From: an uncultured Puniceicoccaceae bacterium
Lineage (GTDB): Bacteria > Verrucomicrobiota > Verrucomicrobiia > Opitutales > Oceanipulchritudinaceae
Reading direction: 5' to 3'
Assembly (NCBI GenBank): GCA_963933835.1
Contig: CAWVVV010000002.1
Span: forward strand, 1 to 64,000
Length of the DNA: 64,000 nucleotides
Shown: in pieces, positions 1 through 9,930 of the stretch
Position numbering within the stretch: position 1 is the first letter of the stretch
How the letters are laid out: every line of letters starts with the position of its first letter
Program-made: the position numbers and the translations under genes
Notes under the pieces: model-generated
Databases searched by the model: none
Told to the model about the DNA's origin: nothing
Seen by the model: the letters and a program-made list of their open reading frames with translations, nothing else

Positions 1-335
1 TGGCGGCTTTCTTAGCTGGCTTCTTCGCTACCTTCTTCTTGGCGGCTTTCTTAGCAGGCTTCTTCGCTACCTTTTTCTTGGCGGCTTTCTTAGCTGGCTT
101 CTTCGCTACCTTCTTCTTGGCGGCTTTCTTAGCTGGCTTCTTCGCTACCTTCTTCTTGGCGGCTTTCTTAGCTGGCTTCTTCGCTACCTTCTTCTTGGCG
201 GCTTTCTTAGCTGGCTTCTTCGCTACCTTTTTCTTGGCGGCTTTCTTAGCTGGCTTCTTTGCTGCCTTTTTCTTGGCGGCTTTCTTAGCTGGCTTCTTCG
301 CTACCTTCTTCTTGGCAGCCTTAGCTGGCTTCTTC
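1..335. repeat. 39-bp coding tandem repeat, about 8.5 copies visible
   Basis: Unit tggcggctttcttagctggcttcttcgctaccttcttct encodes a 13-aa K/A/P/V unit on the minus strand. Confidence 0.95.
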
Positions 336-772
336 GACGCAGCCTTTTTCGCGACGGTCTTTTTGACTGTCTTCTTAATAGTCTTTTTCTTGGCTACTTT
401 TTTAGTAGCCTTCTTTTTGCTCTTCTTTGCCATAACGTCCTTTTTAGTGAGTGAAGCATCAACTTCTTTTGGAGGGTTTCTAACGAGCTTTGCCAAAGCA
501 ACGCGAACAACCTCACCTGCACTAGCAGAACGCTTTTTAGCGATCTTTTGCATGAGTGTTCGAGCACGAGGAGCTAGGCGTACAGAAACTTGGTGACGCT
601 TGTCACGCGGCTGAACAGCCTCGTTTCCTTCGAGTTGGGTCAAGGCAATCTCTATAAGAGCACGCAGCGATGGACCGCCGAGTTTCTTACGGAGACTTTC
701 GAGATCTTTGAATACCTTTTGTTCAACTTCGAAGCTGAACGGGGCTGAGGGTAGTGATGTTTTCTTCGCCAT
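1..772 (-). CDS. Putative tandem ribbon-helix-helix protein with histone H1-like Lys/Ala tail (runs off window)
   Basis: Manual minus-strand translation from ATG at 772: MAKKTSLPSAPFSFEVEQKVFKDLESLRKKLGGPSLRALIEIAL...HQVSVRLAPRARTLMQKIAKKRSASAGEVVRVALAKL...MAKKSKKKATKKVAKK then repeats of KKPAKKAAKKKVA; no stop before position 1. Confidence 0.8.
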   Translation of the reverse strand, partial: MAKKTSLPSAPFSFEVEQKVFKDLESLRKKLGGPSLRALIEIALTQLEGNEAVQPRDKRHQVSVRLAPRARTLMQKIAKKRSASAGEVVRVALAKLVRNPPKEVDASLTKKDVMAKKSKKKATKKVAKKKTIKKTVKKTVAKKAASKKPAKAAKKKVAKKPAKKAAKKKAAKKPAKKAAKKKVAKKPAKKAAKKKVAKKPAKKAAKKKVAKKPAKKAAKKKVAKKPAKKAAKKKVAKKPAKKAAKKKVAKKPAKKAA

Positions 773-1093
773 AATACTGTTTTGGTATGAGGTTTCGAAT
801 TACTTAATTCGGAACGATAGAAGACATCTACACATAAATGTAAATAAATTTCATTACTTTTATGCATATTTCTTCACCTTAGTGCGTAGTCGGCATTCAA
901 ATACGACTCAATTCAGCCCTCAATGGTATCCAATATTCTGATATTACTACAGCCACCAAAACGGTAAATTAATTCGAACTATCTTTAATCCAAAAGGTCT
1001 AAATATTTCTCTCTAAGCATTCCAATGCCCTTAGAAAATGAACTTCTTTTTTGGCGTGCAGAGGCAAAATCTATAACTATGATCCTGCTCCTT

Positions 1094-1579
1094 ATGATTG
1101 ATAAAGTCCTCCCCCTCCTTCTTGAAGGCAAAGCTATCTCGACCCAGCAGATAGCCAGAATTCTTGGTGCCACTGAGGCTGAAGTAGAGGCGGCGATGGC
1201 GACACTGCAAGCCGACGGCAAGCTCCTCGGATGGCGCCCTGTCTTGAACCCCAACACGATTGGGAGCGAAAAGGTCCGTGCTCTGATCGAAGTTTCAATC
1301 ACGCCGGAACGCGAGGGTGGCTTTAATCACATCGCCGAACGCATTGCCCGATTTGAGAACGTTGAGACCTGTTATCTGATGAGCGGTGGATACGACCTCA
1401 TGGTTGTGGTCACAGGTCCAAATCTTCTCAGCGTGGCTACATTTGTCGCAGAAAAACTAGCCACCCTCGGTGTTGTTCAATCGACGGCCACGCGATTCAT
1501 GCTACGCAGCTACAAAGAGAGCGGGTTCCTAATCGCCACTGAAGGCGACACGATCGAACGCCCTGCTGTCAGCCCTTAA
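1094..1579 (+). CDS. Lrp/AsnC family transcriptional regulator
   Basis: N-terminal HTH, RAM-domain motif CYLMSGGYDLMV; start at ATG 1094 inferred. Confidence 0.9.
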   Translation: MIDKVLPLLLEGKAISTQQIARILGATEAEVEAAMATLQADGKLLGWRPVLNPNTIGSEKVRALIEVSITPEREGGFNHIAERIARFENVETCYLMSGGYDLMVVVTGPNLLSVATFVAEKLATLGVVQSTATRFMLRSYKESGFLIATEGDTIERPAVSP

Positions 1580-1590
1580 CCTAGATCCCC

Positions 1591-2766
1591 ATGACACAGG
1601 AAACCTCCCGCTGGGTCGCTGATCACGTCAGCACCCTCCCGCGCTCGGGCATTCGAGACTTTTTTGCTCTTGTTCAGCAGCGCCCTGAAGCAATTTCACT
1701 CGGAATCGGCGAACCCGACTTCGCCACACCGTGGAATATCCGAGAAGCAGCGATCTTTTCACTCGAAAAGGGGCGTACTTCGTACACGGACAATTTAGGC
1801 CTGCTCGCTTTCCGCAAAGCCGTGACGAGCTACGTCGAGCGCATTTTTGGCCTCTCTTACCACCCAGAAACGGAATGTCTCATCGGTATCGGAGTGAGTG
1901 AAACGATGGATACGGCCTTCCGCGCTGTGCTCAATCCTGGCGACAAAGTGCTCTACCACGAACCTTGCTACGTCAGCTATATGCCCTCGATCACGCTCGC
2001 GGGAGGCGTTCCCATACCCGTAGGAACCAGAGCTGAGGAAGCTTTTGCCCTCAAGCTCTCGGACCTCGAGGCCGCTTGGGAGACCGGCACGAAGGTACTC
2101 GTCCTCAATTTTCCGACAAATCCAACCGGCGGCGTAATCGAAGCTGAGCGCCTCGAACAAATCGCAAAGTTCTGCATCGAAAAAGATCTCCTCGTGATCA
2201 GTGATGAGATTTATGCGGAACTGACCTATGAGGGAACCCATACCAGTATTGCTTCGTTCCCTGGAATGCGCGATCGAACGATCTTTCTTCACGGCGTTTC
2301 AAAGGCATTTGCGATGACGGGCTTCAGGATCGGCTACGCCTGTGCTCCAAACGCGATCATCGAAGCGATGATGAAGGTTCATCAATACGCCATCATGAGC
2401 GTGCCCATCTTTACGCAAGAAGCGGGGATTGAAGCGCTCAAAAATAGCGATGAGTCCGTCGCGATGATGCGAGAGTCCTATAAACGCCGCCGAGACTTCC
2501 TCGTTCGACGATTCAACGAGATCGGCCTACCCTGCCACCTTCCTCAAGCGACCTTCTATACTTTCCCAAGTATCGCGGGCACCGGCCTGGACCAAATGGC
2601 ATTCGCCAAGCGGCTCTTGGACGAGCAAGACGTAGCAATGGTCCCCGGAACAGCCTTTGGATCACACGGCGAAGGCTTCCTTCGCGCTAGTTTCTCTACG
2701 AGCTATGAAAAGATTCAACTCGCTTGCGAGCGCGTTGATCGCTTTGTCGGGTCGTTAAAAGGCTAA
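1591..2766 (+). CDS. Class I/II PLP-dependent aminotransferase
   Basis: GEPDF, NFPTNPTG, SDEIY, SKAFAMTGFRIG motifs. Confidence 0.93.
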   Translation: MTQETSRWVADHVSTLPRSGIRDFFALVQQRPEAISLGIGEPDFATPWNIREAAIFSLEKGRTSYTDNLGLLAFRKAVTSYVERIFGLSYHPETECLIGIGVSETMDTAFRAVLNPGDKVLYHEPCYVSYMPSITLAGGVPIPVGTRAEEAFALKLSDLEAAWETGTKVLVLNFPTNPTGGVIEAERLEQIAKFCIEKDLLVISDEIYAELTYEGTHTSIASFPGMRDRTIFLHGVSKAFAMTGFRIGYACAPNAIIEAMMKVHQYAIMSVPIFTQEAGIEALKNSDESVAMMRESYKRRRDFLVRRFNEIGLPCHLPQATFYTFPSIAGTGLDQMAFAKRLLDEQDVAMVPGTAFGSHGEGFLRASFSTSYEKIQLACERVDRFVGSLKG

Positions 2767-2792
2767 GTAATCAGCTTTGCCACCCCCTCAAA

Positions 2793-4199
2793 ATGACACA
2801 AAATCGCACTATTGCTCTGGTTGGCCGCCCAAATGTCGGGAAAAGCCGCCTCTTCAATCGTCTCGCTAAGCGGCGGATCGCAATCGTGCACGATCAGGCC
2901 GGGGTGACGCGTGACGTCAATTCCACCGTCGTGGACCAAGACTACACCCTCCTCGATACAGGAGGCATCGGTCTCGTTGTCGATATGGACCACCAAAAGT
3001 TAATTGGTGCGGCCGAAGAGCAGGTTTGGTTCGCGGTCGAGGCTGCCGACTTCATTTGCTTCGTCGTCGATGGACGAGAGGGTAAAACATCCCTTGATGA
3101 GATCATCGCTGAGCGACTACGCGCCTCGGGTAAACCCGTTCAGCTCATCGTCAACAAGGTCGACGGCCCCGACGAAGAACATCGTGCGATCGAATTTGCC
3201 GAACTCGGCCTTGGAGATGGCGTCCCGGTTTCGGCTGAACATGGCCGCGGTGAAGCGGATGTTCGTCAGGTTATCGCTGACTACCTTGGCCCCAAACCAA
3301 TCGTCGATGAATCGGGAGAATCTGAGCATCGCATTCCAACCGCGGTGGTCGGGCGTCCGAATGTTGGTAAATCCAGCCTGATCAATAAGTTTCTCAAAAA
3401 CGATCGCCTCATCGTCAGCGAGGTCCCAGGCACAACGCGCGATGCCATCTCGCTCGATCTCGACTATATGCGCGATGGGGGAGAAGTTTGGCCATTCAAA
3501 CTCATTGATACAGCAGGGATTCGCCACCGTGGGAAAGTCAGCCACTCGGTCGAGTATTTCTCTGCCGTTCGTTCCCGTAGAGCGATCGAGCATGCCGAAA
3601 TCGTGCTTCTTGTCCTCGATGCCGAAATCGGTGTAACCCGCGCCGACAAAGCTCTTGCTGGAGAGGTTCTGGAACAAGGCAAATGCCTAGTCATTGTCAT
3701 AAATAAATGGGACATCGCAGTGAAGCGCTTCCGCGAGCATCCGGTCGATGGATACGAAAGCCTGCACGATTTTCAGAAAGATTTCGAAGAATCGGTGCGG
3801 AAAGAGTTTTTCTTTCTTCCCGCGAGCCCAATTGTCTTTGTTTCCGCACTGACGGAAATGAATCTAACCATCCTTTTGAGTGCTGCCCGAGCAGTCCGTC
3901 GCACTGCGACGAAGCAATTGCCCACGCCAAAAATCAATCAGCTCTTCGAAAGGCTCCTCGCCGCGCGAAGCGCAAAGATGCTCAAAGGAAAACGTTTCAA
4001 AGTCTACTACACGACCCAAACGGGTAATTTCCCATACATCTTCCGAGTCTTCTGTAATCGAGCAACCAAGTTGGAAGAGCCCTATAGACGCTATCTCGAG
4101 AAGGCATTCATCAAGGAGTTCGAGCTCAATGGCTGCCCTATCCGCTTCGACCTACGCGGCAAGACCGTCCGCTATCCAAACCAAGACAAAAAGCGCTAA
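2793..4199 (+). CDS. der: Ribosome biogenesis GTPase Der/EngA
   Basis: Two GRPNVGKS P-loops, DTGG/DTAG, NKVD/NKWD, C-terminal KH-like domain. Confidence 0.97.
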   Translation: MTQNRTIALVGRPNVGKSRLFNRLAKRRIAIVHDQAGVTRDVNSTVVDQDYTLLDTGGIGLVVDMDHQKLIGAAEEQVWFAVEAADFICFVVDGREGKTSLDEIIAERLRASGKPVQLIVNKVDGPDEEHRAIEFAELGLGDGVPVSAEHGRGEADVRQVIADYLGPKPIVDESGESEHRIPTAVVGRPNVGKSSLINKFLKNDRLIVSEVPGTTRDAISLDLDYMRDGGEVWPFKLIDTAGIRHRGKVSHSVEYFSAVRSRRAIEHAEIVLLVLDAEIGVTRADKALAGEVLEQGKCLVIVINKWDIAVKRFREHPVDGYESLHDFQKDFEESVRKEFFFLPASPIVFVSALTEMNLTILLSAARAVRRTATKQLPTPKINQLFERLLAARSAKMLKGKRFKVYYTTQTGNFPYIFRVFCNRATKLEEPYRRYLEKAFIKEFELNGCPIRFDLRGKTVRYPNQDKKR

Positions 4200-4216
4200 A
4201 GCAAGGAAAACGCCGC

Positions 4217-5242
4217 GTGTCCCAAAAACACATACGCACGGTCTTTATGGGTTCCGACCCGATCGCCCTGCCCTTTCTCAAGAGCCTACCGGAAAGCCTT
4301 CCGGCGATTGAACTCGTCGGGGTCTTCACTCAGCCCGACCGCCCCAAAGGGCGTGGTCAAAAGCTTCAAGCGAACGCGATTAAAGAGTGGGCGACAGAAG
4401 AAAACCTTATCGTCCACCAGCCTGCCCGTTGCGGTCTAGAGAATGAAAACTGGCTCGCTACCAACGAGGTCGACCTGATCCTCGTCATGGCCTATGGCCA
4501 AATCCTCAAGGCTAGCCTGATCGACACCCCTTCAATCGGGACCTTTAACCTTCACGCCTCTCTTCTGCCGAGGTTGCGGGGAGCATCGCCCATCCATACC
4601 GCCATCGCGAGCGGCGAAGAAAAGACCGGGGTGAGCCTGATGCGCATCGTCCCCGCACTCGATGCCGGTCCCTTTTGCGCCCAAGAAGAGATCTCGATCA
4701 CGCCAACCACGACCGCCAGCAGCCTCATCGAGGAGATCGCAGTGGCCTCCGTCGGACTTATCAAACGCGCCTTACCCAGTGTCCTTGATCATTCGGCGCA
4801 ATGGACAGAACAGGCCGCCGGAGACGTCACCTACTGCCGCCGCATCTTCAAGGAAGACGCCCAACTAGACTTCAATCAAACCGCAGCCTCCCTTGAACAA
4901 CGCATCCGCGCGTTTCGACCCTGGCCTGGCTCCGTCTTTGAATACAAAGGCACTATTTTGAAGATAGGTTCGGCCGTGGTGGTTCGCGAGGCGGATCAGC
5001 CAGTCGGCACCTTAGTCTGCGAAGAGAGCGAAGTGACTCTTGCCTGCGGTGACGGCGCACTGCGCCTCACTGCCCTCCAAAGGCCGGGCGGTAGACTGCT
5101 TCCAGCGAAGGAATTCCTCCTCGGGTTTCCTCTCGAAAGTGGCACAGTGATCGCATCCAAGCCAATGGCACCATTGGTCGCCCTAAAAGCTTTCCCGTGG
5201 GAATGGCGCCCCGGAGACGAAGACAAGGAAAGCATTGTGTAA
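4217..5242 (+). CDS. fmt: Methionyl-tRNA formyltransferase
   Basis: VFMGS, TQPDRPKGRG, NLHASLLPRLRGASPI. Confidence 0.96.
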   Translation: MSQKHIRTVFMGSDPIALPFLKSLPESLPAIELVGVFTQPDRPKGRGQKLQANAIKEWATEENLIVHQPARCGLENENWLATNEVDLILVMAYGQILKASLIDTPSIGTFNLHASLLPRLRGASPIHTAIASGEEKTGVSLMRIVPALDAGPFCAQEEISITPTTTASSLIEEIAVASVGLIKRALPSVLDHSAQWTEQAAGDVTYCRRIFKEDAQLDFNQTAASLEQRIRAFRPWPGSVFEYKGTILKIGSAVVVREADQPVGTLVCEESEVTLACGDGALRLTALQRPGGRLLPAKEFLLGFPLESGTVIASKPMAPLVALKAFPWEWRPGDEDKESIV

Positions 5243-5280
5243 CATTGACCCGAATCCCGTCGCCTTCATCCTTGCGCACC

Positions 5281-5871
5281 ATGTTTCGGAGCTTCGTTCC
5301 ACTTCTCGCCCTTTTCCTTGCCAGCCTCGCTCAGGCGCAGCCAAATAGCCTCACGGTTCGTGTGGCTAACCTTGAACAGGACATTCGTATCCTTAGCCAA
5401 ACCGTTGGAAGCCTTCGCCTCGAACTCGAAGCCATGGCTCGCGAGAACAATAGCCTGCGCGCCACCGTCAGCGAGGAAGTCGCGAGCAGCGCCAGCCAGA
5501 ATGTCACTCTGACGCAGCTGAACAGTCGACTTACTGGCTTGGTCGCCGACCTCGAAGCCTCTCTCGCTTCTAACCAGCGCTCAACGCTCGAAGAAGTTGG
5601 CTCACAAATCGATGACCTCGCGGCTCAAACCCAGAAGGCGCTCCTAGCGATGTCGAAATCGGTCGCCGCTGCCCCCGAGCTCACAACCGCTCCACGTTTC
5701 AATAACAACTTTCCCAAAGCAGGCATCAGCTACACCGTCAAAAGCGGTGATTCACTCGGAAAAATTGCCCGCGAGAACGCTTCCAAAATTGAATGGATCC
5801 AGAACGCAAATAAGATAGCCGGGGAGCTGATTTACCCCGGACAACAGATTTTCATCCCACAACAAGACTAG
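5281..5871 (+). CDS. Secreted coiled-coil protein with C-terminal LysM domain
   Basis: Signal peptide ending AQA; LysM YTVKSGDSLGKIA...IYPGQQIFIP. Confidence 0.88.
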   Translation: MFRSFVPLLALFLASLAQAQPNSLTVRVANLEQDIRILSQTVGSLRLELEAMARENNSLRATVSEEVASSASQNVTLTQLNSRLTGLVADLEASLASNQRSTLEEVGSQIDDLAAQTQKALLAMSKSVAAAPELTTAPRFNNNFPKAGISYTVKSGDSLGKIARENASKIEWIQNANKIAGELIYPGQQIFIPQQD

Positions 5872-5877
5872 ACCCCC

Positions 5878-6876
5878 ATGGCGAAACCTAAAACGCGACT
5901 TGGCCGCGGCCTCGACAGCCTCATCGCAGGCGGAGGCACCTCAAAGCCAGCCCCTAAGAAAGCCTCTGCTAAAACGCCTCCGGCCAAAAAAGCAAAGAAA
6001 GCTGCAGCCAAAAGACCGGTGCCGAAGAAGCGCGCCGCGCCTGCCGCCAAGCAAACCCGCGTCGAGACCCCAAAGGAGAAAGGAAATCTCCGCGAGGTAG
6101 CGATCAGCATGATCGTTGCTAACCCTCATCAACCTCGCAAAGTCTTCACCGAAAAAAGCCTGAGCGAACTGGCCGAAAGTATCCGTAGTGAAGGTCTACT
6201 ACAGCCAATCGTCGTTCGCGAAGTCGGAAATCACTTTGAACTCATCGCTGGGGAACGCCGCTGGCGCGCTTGCCAGAAGCTGCGCATGAAGCGCATCCCG
6301 ATCAGCATTATCGAGGCCAACGACACCTCCAGTGCGGTCATGTCGTTGATTGAGAATCTTCAGCGCGAAAACCTCAATCCACTCGAAGAGTCCGAAGGCT
6401 ATGCACGGCTTATGTCCGACTTCGGGCTTACGCAAGAAGCTGTCTCCGAACGCCTCGGCAAAGCCCGGGCTTCGATCGCGAACAGCCTGCGCCTTCTCCA
6501 GCTGCCACGCGAAATTCAACAGTTTGTATCCCAACGGATTCTCTCCGTCGGCCACGCCAAGATCCTTCTCGGCCTCGATCAAGCCGACGAACAAATCATG
6601 GTCGCACGCCAAATCATCGAGCGGCAAATGAGTGTGCGTGAAGCTGAACGTTTGATTCAAAACAAGCGCAGCCAAAGCAAAAATCCACGGCGAAGAATCA
6701 ATGGCCTCTCCCCCTCCGAAGAGGCGGCCCTTGCCGATGTGCAAAAGCGTCTTTCCCAGACCCTCAAAACTCAAGTCCAAGTCAAACACGGCGCCAAAAA
6801 AGGGCAGATCGTGATCGATTACTTCGGCAACGATGACCTCCAGCGTGTCCTCGAACAACTCGGCGTTCCGTTATAG
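5878..6876 (+). CDS. parB: ParB/Spo0J partition protein
   Basis: LGRGLDSLI N-terminal peptide, NPHQPRK, IAGERRWRA, ENLQRENLNPLEE. Confidence 0.95.
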   Translation: MAKPKTRLGRGLDSLIAGGGTSKPAPKKASAKTPPAKKAKKAAAKRPVPKKRAAPAAKQTRVETPKEKGNLREVAISMIVANPHQPRKVFTEKSLSELAESIRSEGLLQPIVVREVGNHFELIAGERRWRACQKLRMKRIPISIIEANDTSSAVMSLIENLQRENLNPLEESEGYARLMSDFGLTQEAVSERLGKARASIANSLRLLQLPREIQQFVSQRILSVGHAKILLGLDQADEQIMVARQIIERQMSVREAERLIQNKRSQSKNPRRRINGLSPSEEAALADVQKRLSQTLKTQVQVKHGAKKGQIVIDYFGNDDLQRVLEQLGVPL

Positions 6877-6928
6877 TTTCGCGTAGAAAGAACTAGCACG
6901 AAGGTTCGATCAGTCTTGTGATTATGCA

Positions 6929-6996
6929 TGGAGGGACCGACTCCCGCCGGTCCACATCAGAGCCACAACGCGGACAGGCAGGAGCCTGTCCCTCCA
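6929..6996. repeat. Inverted REP-like doublet (REPIN-like)
   Basis: tggagggaccgactcccgccggtcc (6929-6953) and ggacaggcaggagcctgtccctcca (6972-6996) are imperfect reverse complements; each is internally palindromic. Confidence 0.7.
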
Positions 6997-7131
6997 GTCC
7001 TGCTCTTCCGCATTTAGAAAAACACCTCGTATCAGAGCTAACTGAATGTGTGCACTTGACGCACAGAAGACGTTCCTCCTTTTTCTTCCCTCTTCTCTAA
7101 GCGACCCCGTCGATTAGAGGAAAACATTTTT

Positions 7132-7216
7132 GCTCAGGTGGTGAAATTGGCAGACACGCTGGCTTCAGGTGCCAGTGCCTTCGGGCGTGCGGGTTCAAGT
7201 CCCGCCCTGAGTACCA
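7132..7216 (+). tRNA. tRNA-Leu(CAG)
   Basis: Acceptor stem GCTCAGG/CCTGAGT, anticodon loop TTCAGGT, long variable arm, GTTCAA T-loop, CCA end. Confidence 0.96.
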
Positions 7217-7323
7217 ATTTTCAGGCGGCCGTATAGGAGTGTAAGAGGTTCTCACGACAAAGAGGATCACAACGGCTAGTCGGTTGACTCGAAGACAACC
7301 GCGGTATGCGATGGAGGCTGACG

Positions 7324-8274
7324 ATGTTTAGCGAATTCATAGCCGTTCTATATGCAGTTTCACCTCTAGCCATCATTGTCGCCGTCAGTGCATTTCTGGC
7401 GAAAAAAGACATCTTAACCGAGGCCGCCTCCGGCGCACTATCGAGTGGGATCATCTATCTCTTCCTTCCCTGTCTGATATTCGACAAGATAACCAAGGGG
7501 CTCGACCCTGAGGCGATGCCGCTCTGGTGGGGCATTCCGCTCACCGCGGTCGTCGTTCTCATTTTTGGCGGACTCCTATCGTCGGTTGTATTTCGAAAAC
7601 GTTGGCGGAAAGAACCCGACCTTCTCGCGCTCGGCTTTCTTCACAATGCAGGCTACCTTATCATCGCGCTCGGGCAGCTACTCGTTCCAGAGCAAGAGAC
7701 GCTCTTCTCAACCTATTGTTTCCTTTATGTCTTAGGTCACAGTCCCCTCCTTTGGTCCGTGGGTAAATGGCTCATCTCAAAGCAGAAATCGGAACCTTTT
7801 CAGTGGCGGCAACTCATTACTCCTCCCCTGTGCGCTAACATCCTCGCGATCACTTTTGTTTTAACCAGTGCCCGCGATTGGATACCGACCCCTGTAGACA
7901 AATCGATCGAAATGCTCGGCACGGTTGCCGTGCCCGCAGCATTCGTTGTCCTCGGTGCGAGCTTAAGCATGATCAAGCTGCACTGGGCTGAAGACGGCAG
8001 CGCAGCCTTCAAGGCCACTCTACTCAAACTCGTTATCCTGCCCGCGGTCATCATTACGGTCCTTCAAGCTACTGGAATTCGGGAGACGCTACCCATCCTG
8101 GCTTTTATGCTATTGCTTCAAGGCACCTCTCCACAGGCGACGAACCTCATCGTTCAAGTGCGATCCTATGGTGGAAATCTCCGGCGAACTGGGACCGTTC
8201 TTCTTACAGGCTACGCGGCGAGCCTCATTACGATTCCATTTTGGATCGTCCTTTGGCGGGCACTCGGGAACTGA
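7324..8274 (+). CDS. AEC (auxin efflux carrier) family transporter
   Basis: About 10 hydrophobic segments, LFLPCLIF, NAGY, ITPP, LKLVILP motifs. Confidence 0.85.
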   Translation: MFSEFIAVLYAVSPLAIIVAVSAFLAKKDILTEAASGALSSGIIYLFLPCLIFDKITKGLDPEAMPLWWGIPLTAVVVLIFGGLLSSVVFRKRWRKEPDLLALGFLHNAGYLIIALGQLLVPEQETLFSTYCFLYVLGHSPLLWSVGKWLISKQKSEPFQWRQLITPPLCANILAITFVLTSARDWIPTPVDKSIEMLGTVAVPAAFVVLGASLSMIKLHWAEDGSAAFKATLLKLVILPAVIITVLQATGIRETLPILAFMLLLQGTSPQATNLIVQVRSYGGNLRRTGTVLLTGYAASLITIPFWIVLWRALGN

Positions 8275-8286
8275 TTCAATTTTCTA

Positions 8287-9537
8287 CTACGCTTCCCAGC
8301 GTCGAAAAACAACCGAGGCATTCTGACCTCCAAAGCCTAAATTGTTACTCGCGGCCACTTTGATGTCACCTTTCGCGGCAACATTCGGAGTGTAGTTGAG
8401 ATCACAATCTGGATCGGGGTTCTCGTAGTTGATCGTCGGTGGAACAATACCTGTTTCCAACGCTTTCATGCAGGCAATAGCTTCGATACCACCGGTTGCC
8501 CCGAGAAGGTGACCTGTCATCGACTTGGTCGAACTGATGTGGAGCTTTGAAGCATGATCTCCAAAGACGTTCTTCATCGCGACGGTTTCCGTTTTGTCGT
8601 TCAGCGGTGTCGAGGTCCCGTGAGCATTCACATAATCGACATCCGAAGGGGCTACTCCGCTGTCGTTGAGCGCGCGACGAAGACTGCGAGCGAGCCCATC
8701 ACCATCGGGTGTGGGTGACGTAATGTGATTAGCATCACAGGTGGCACCATGCCCAGCGAGCTCAGCCAGAATCGTGGCACCACGGGCGGTGGCATGCTCA
8801 AGTGTCTCTAAAATCAAGACGCCGGCTCCCTCACCCATAACAAAGCCATTACGTAAGGCGTCGAAGGGTCGGCTGCCAGCTTCGGGCCGGTCATTGAACC
8901 CGGTCGTCATCGCCTTCATATTTGTGAATCCAGCAAAGGTAAGCGGTGTAATGCTCGCTTCGGTTCCACCGGCGATCATGACGTCAGCTTCACCTGCTCG
9001 GAGAATTCGAATCGAATCGCCCAAAGCATGCGTCGCGGTCGCGCAGGCACTGATGATGCCCATGTTCGGGCCCTTCGCATCGAGCTCGATCGCGACGACA
9101 CCCGAAGGCATGTTTGCGATAAATTGTGGTATTAAGAAGGGCGAAATGCGTCGCGGGCCCTTGTCGTACATCTTCCTCGCCTGCTCTTCTAGACTAGCGA
9201 TGCCTCCAATGCCCGAACCGACGATGCAGCCAACACGGTCGGGATCGATGCCGTTGCCTTCCAATCCAGCCTGAGCCCAGGCGGCCCGGGAGGCGGCGAC
9301 TGCGAACTGCGTGCAGCGATCGTAGCGCTTCGCATCTTTAAGGTCCATGTAGTCACCTGCTTCGAAGCCATCGACCTGTGCCCCGATCTGGCATGGCAAT
9401 CCTTCGACATCGAAGTGTGTGACGATGGAGATACCTGATCGACCAGCAATAAGCCCTTCCCAGTAAGTATCGACACCGATGCCTAAGGGGGTGATGGCTC
9501 CCATGCCAGTGACTACGATGCGTGTGCTATGAGCCAT
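8287..9537 (-). CDS. fabF: Beta-ketoacyl-ACP synthase II
   Basis: SACATA active site, AHGTSTPLND, KSMTGHLLG, GFGGQN. Confidence 0.96.
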   Translation of the reverse strand: MAHSTRIVVTGMGAITPLGIGVDTYWEGLIAGRSGISIVTHFDVEGLPCQIGAQVDGFEAGDYMDLKDAKRYDRCTQFAVAASRAAWAQAGLEGNGIDPDRVGCIVGSGIGGIASLEEQARKMYDKGPRRISPFLIPQFIANMPSGVVAIELDAKGPNMGIISACATATHALGDSIRILRAGEADVMIAGGTEASITPLTFAGFTNMKAMTTGFNDRPEAGSRPFDALRNGFVMGEGAGVLILETLEHATARGATILAELAGHGATCDANHITSPTPDGDGLARSLRRALNDSGVAPSDVDYVNAHGTSTPLNDKTETVAMKNVFGDHASKLHISSTKSMTGHLLGATGGIEAIACMKALETGIVPPTINYENPDPDCDLNYTPNVAAKGDIKVAASNNLGFGGQNASVVFRRWEA

Positions 9538-9578
9538 GAACAAAGAAGGTTGGAGGGTAAAACCACTGATTCAATGGC

Positions 9579-9608
9579 AAAAAAAAAGCTCCGCTTTCAC
9601 GGGGCTTT
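9579..9608 (-). terminator. Intrinsic terminator after acpP
   Basis: Minus strand AAGCCCCG-TGAAAG-CGGAGCTT followed by a T run. Confidence 0.7.
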
Positions 9609-9631
9609 AGAAAAGGGGACTTCTGGAGAGC

Positions 9632-9889
9632 CTAGCTTCCGGATTTGTCTGTGATGTAGGAAACAACAGCTCCGACAGTTTGAAGCTTTTCAGCGTCGCT
9701 CTCAGGGATTTCCCCTTCGATTTCGTCGCTGAATTCTTCTTCAAAGGCCATGATGAGCTCAACCGTATCGAGGGAATCTGCACCTAAATCGTCAATGAAT
9801 GATGCTCCTGCTGTTACTTGATCTTCGTTAACGTTCAGCTGGTTAACGATGATCTCCTTGATGCGGTCTTCAATACTCTTATCTGCCAT
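9632..9889 (-). CDS. acpP: Acyl carrier protein
   Basis: [20 protein letters not shown]. Confidence 0.97.
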   Translation of the reverse strand: MADKSIEDRIKEIIVNQLNVNEDQVTAGASFIDDLGADSLDTVELIMAFEEEFSDEIEGEIPESDAEKLQTVGAVVSYITDKSGS

Positions 9890-9930
9890 GATTTTTTGGT
9901 TCTAAAGGTTATATTAAGATAGGAGAAAAC

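Noticed and set aside
1..335. 39-bp repeats as a CRISPR array
   Set aside because: The repeats are head-to-tail with no spacers, are a multiple of 3 and are coding.
39..596. Plus-strand 185-aa F/A/L-rich 'membrane protein' ORF
   Set aside because: It is the antisense shadow of the Lys/Ala repeat gene on the minus strand.
5878..7130. parS site near parB
   Set aside because: No TGTTTCACGTGAAACA-like palindrome was seen by eye.
7217..8274. Genomic island integrated at tRNA-Leu (or at tRNA-Phe)
   Set aside because: No integrase or duplicated tRNA 3' end was seen, and the flanking genes are housekeeping.
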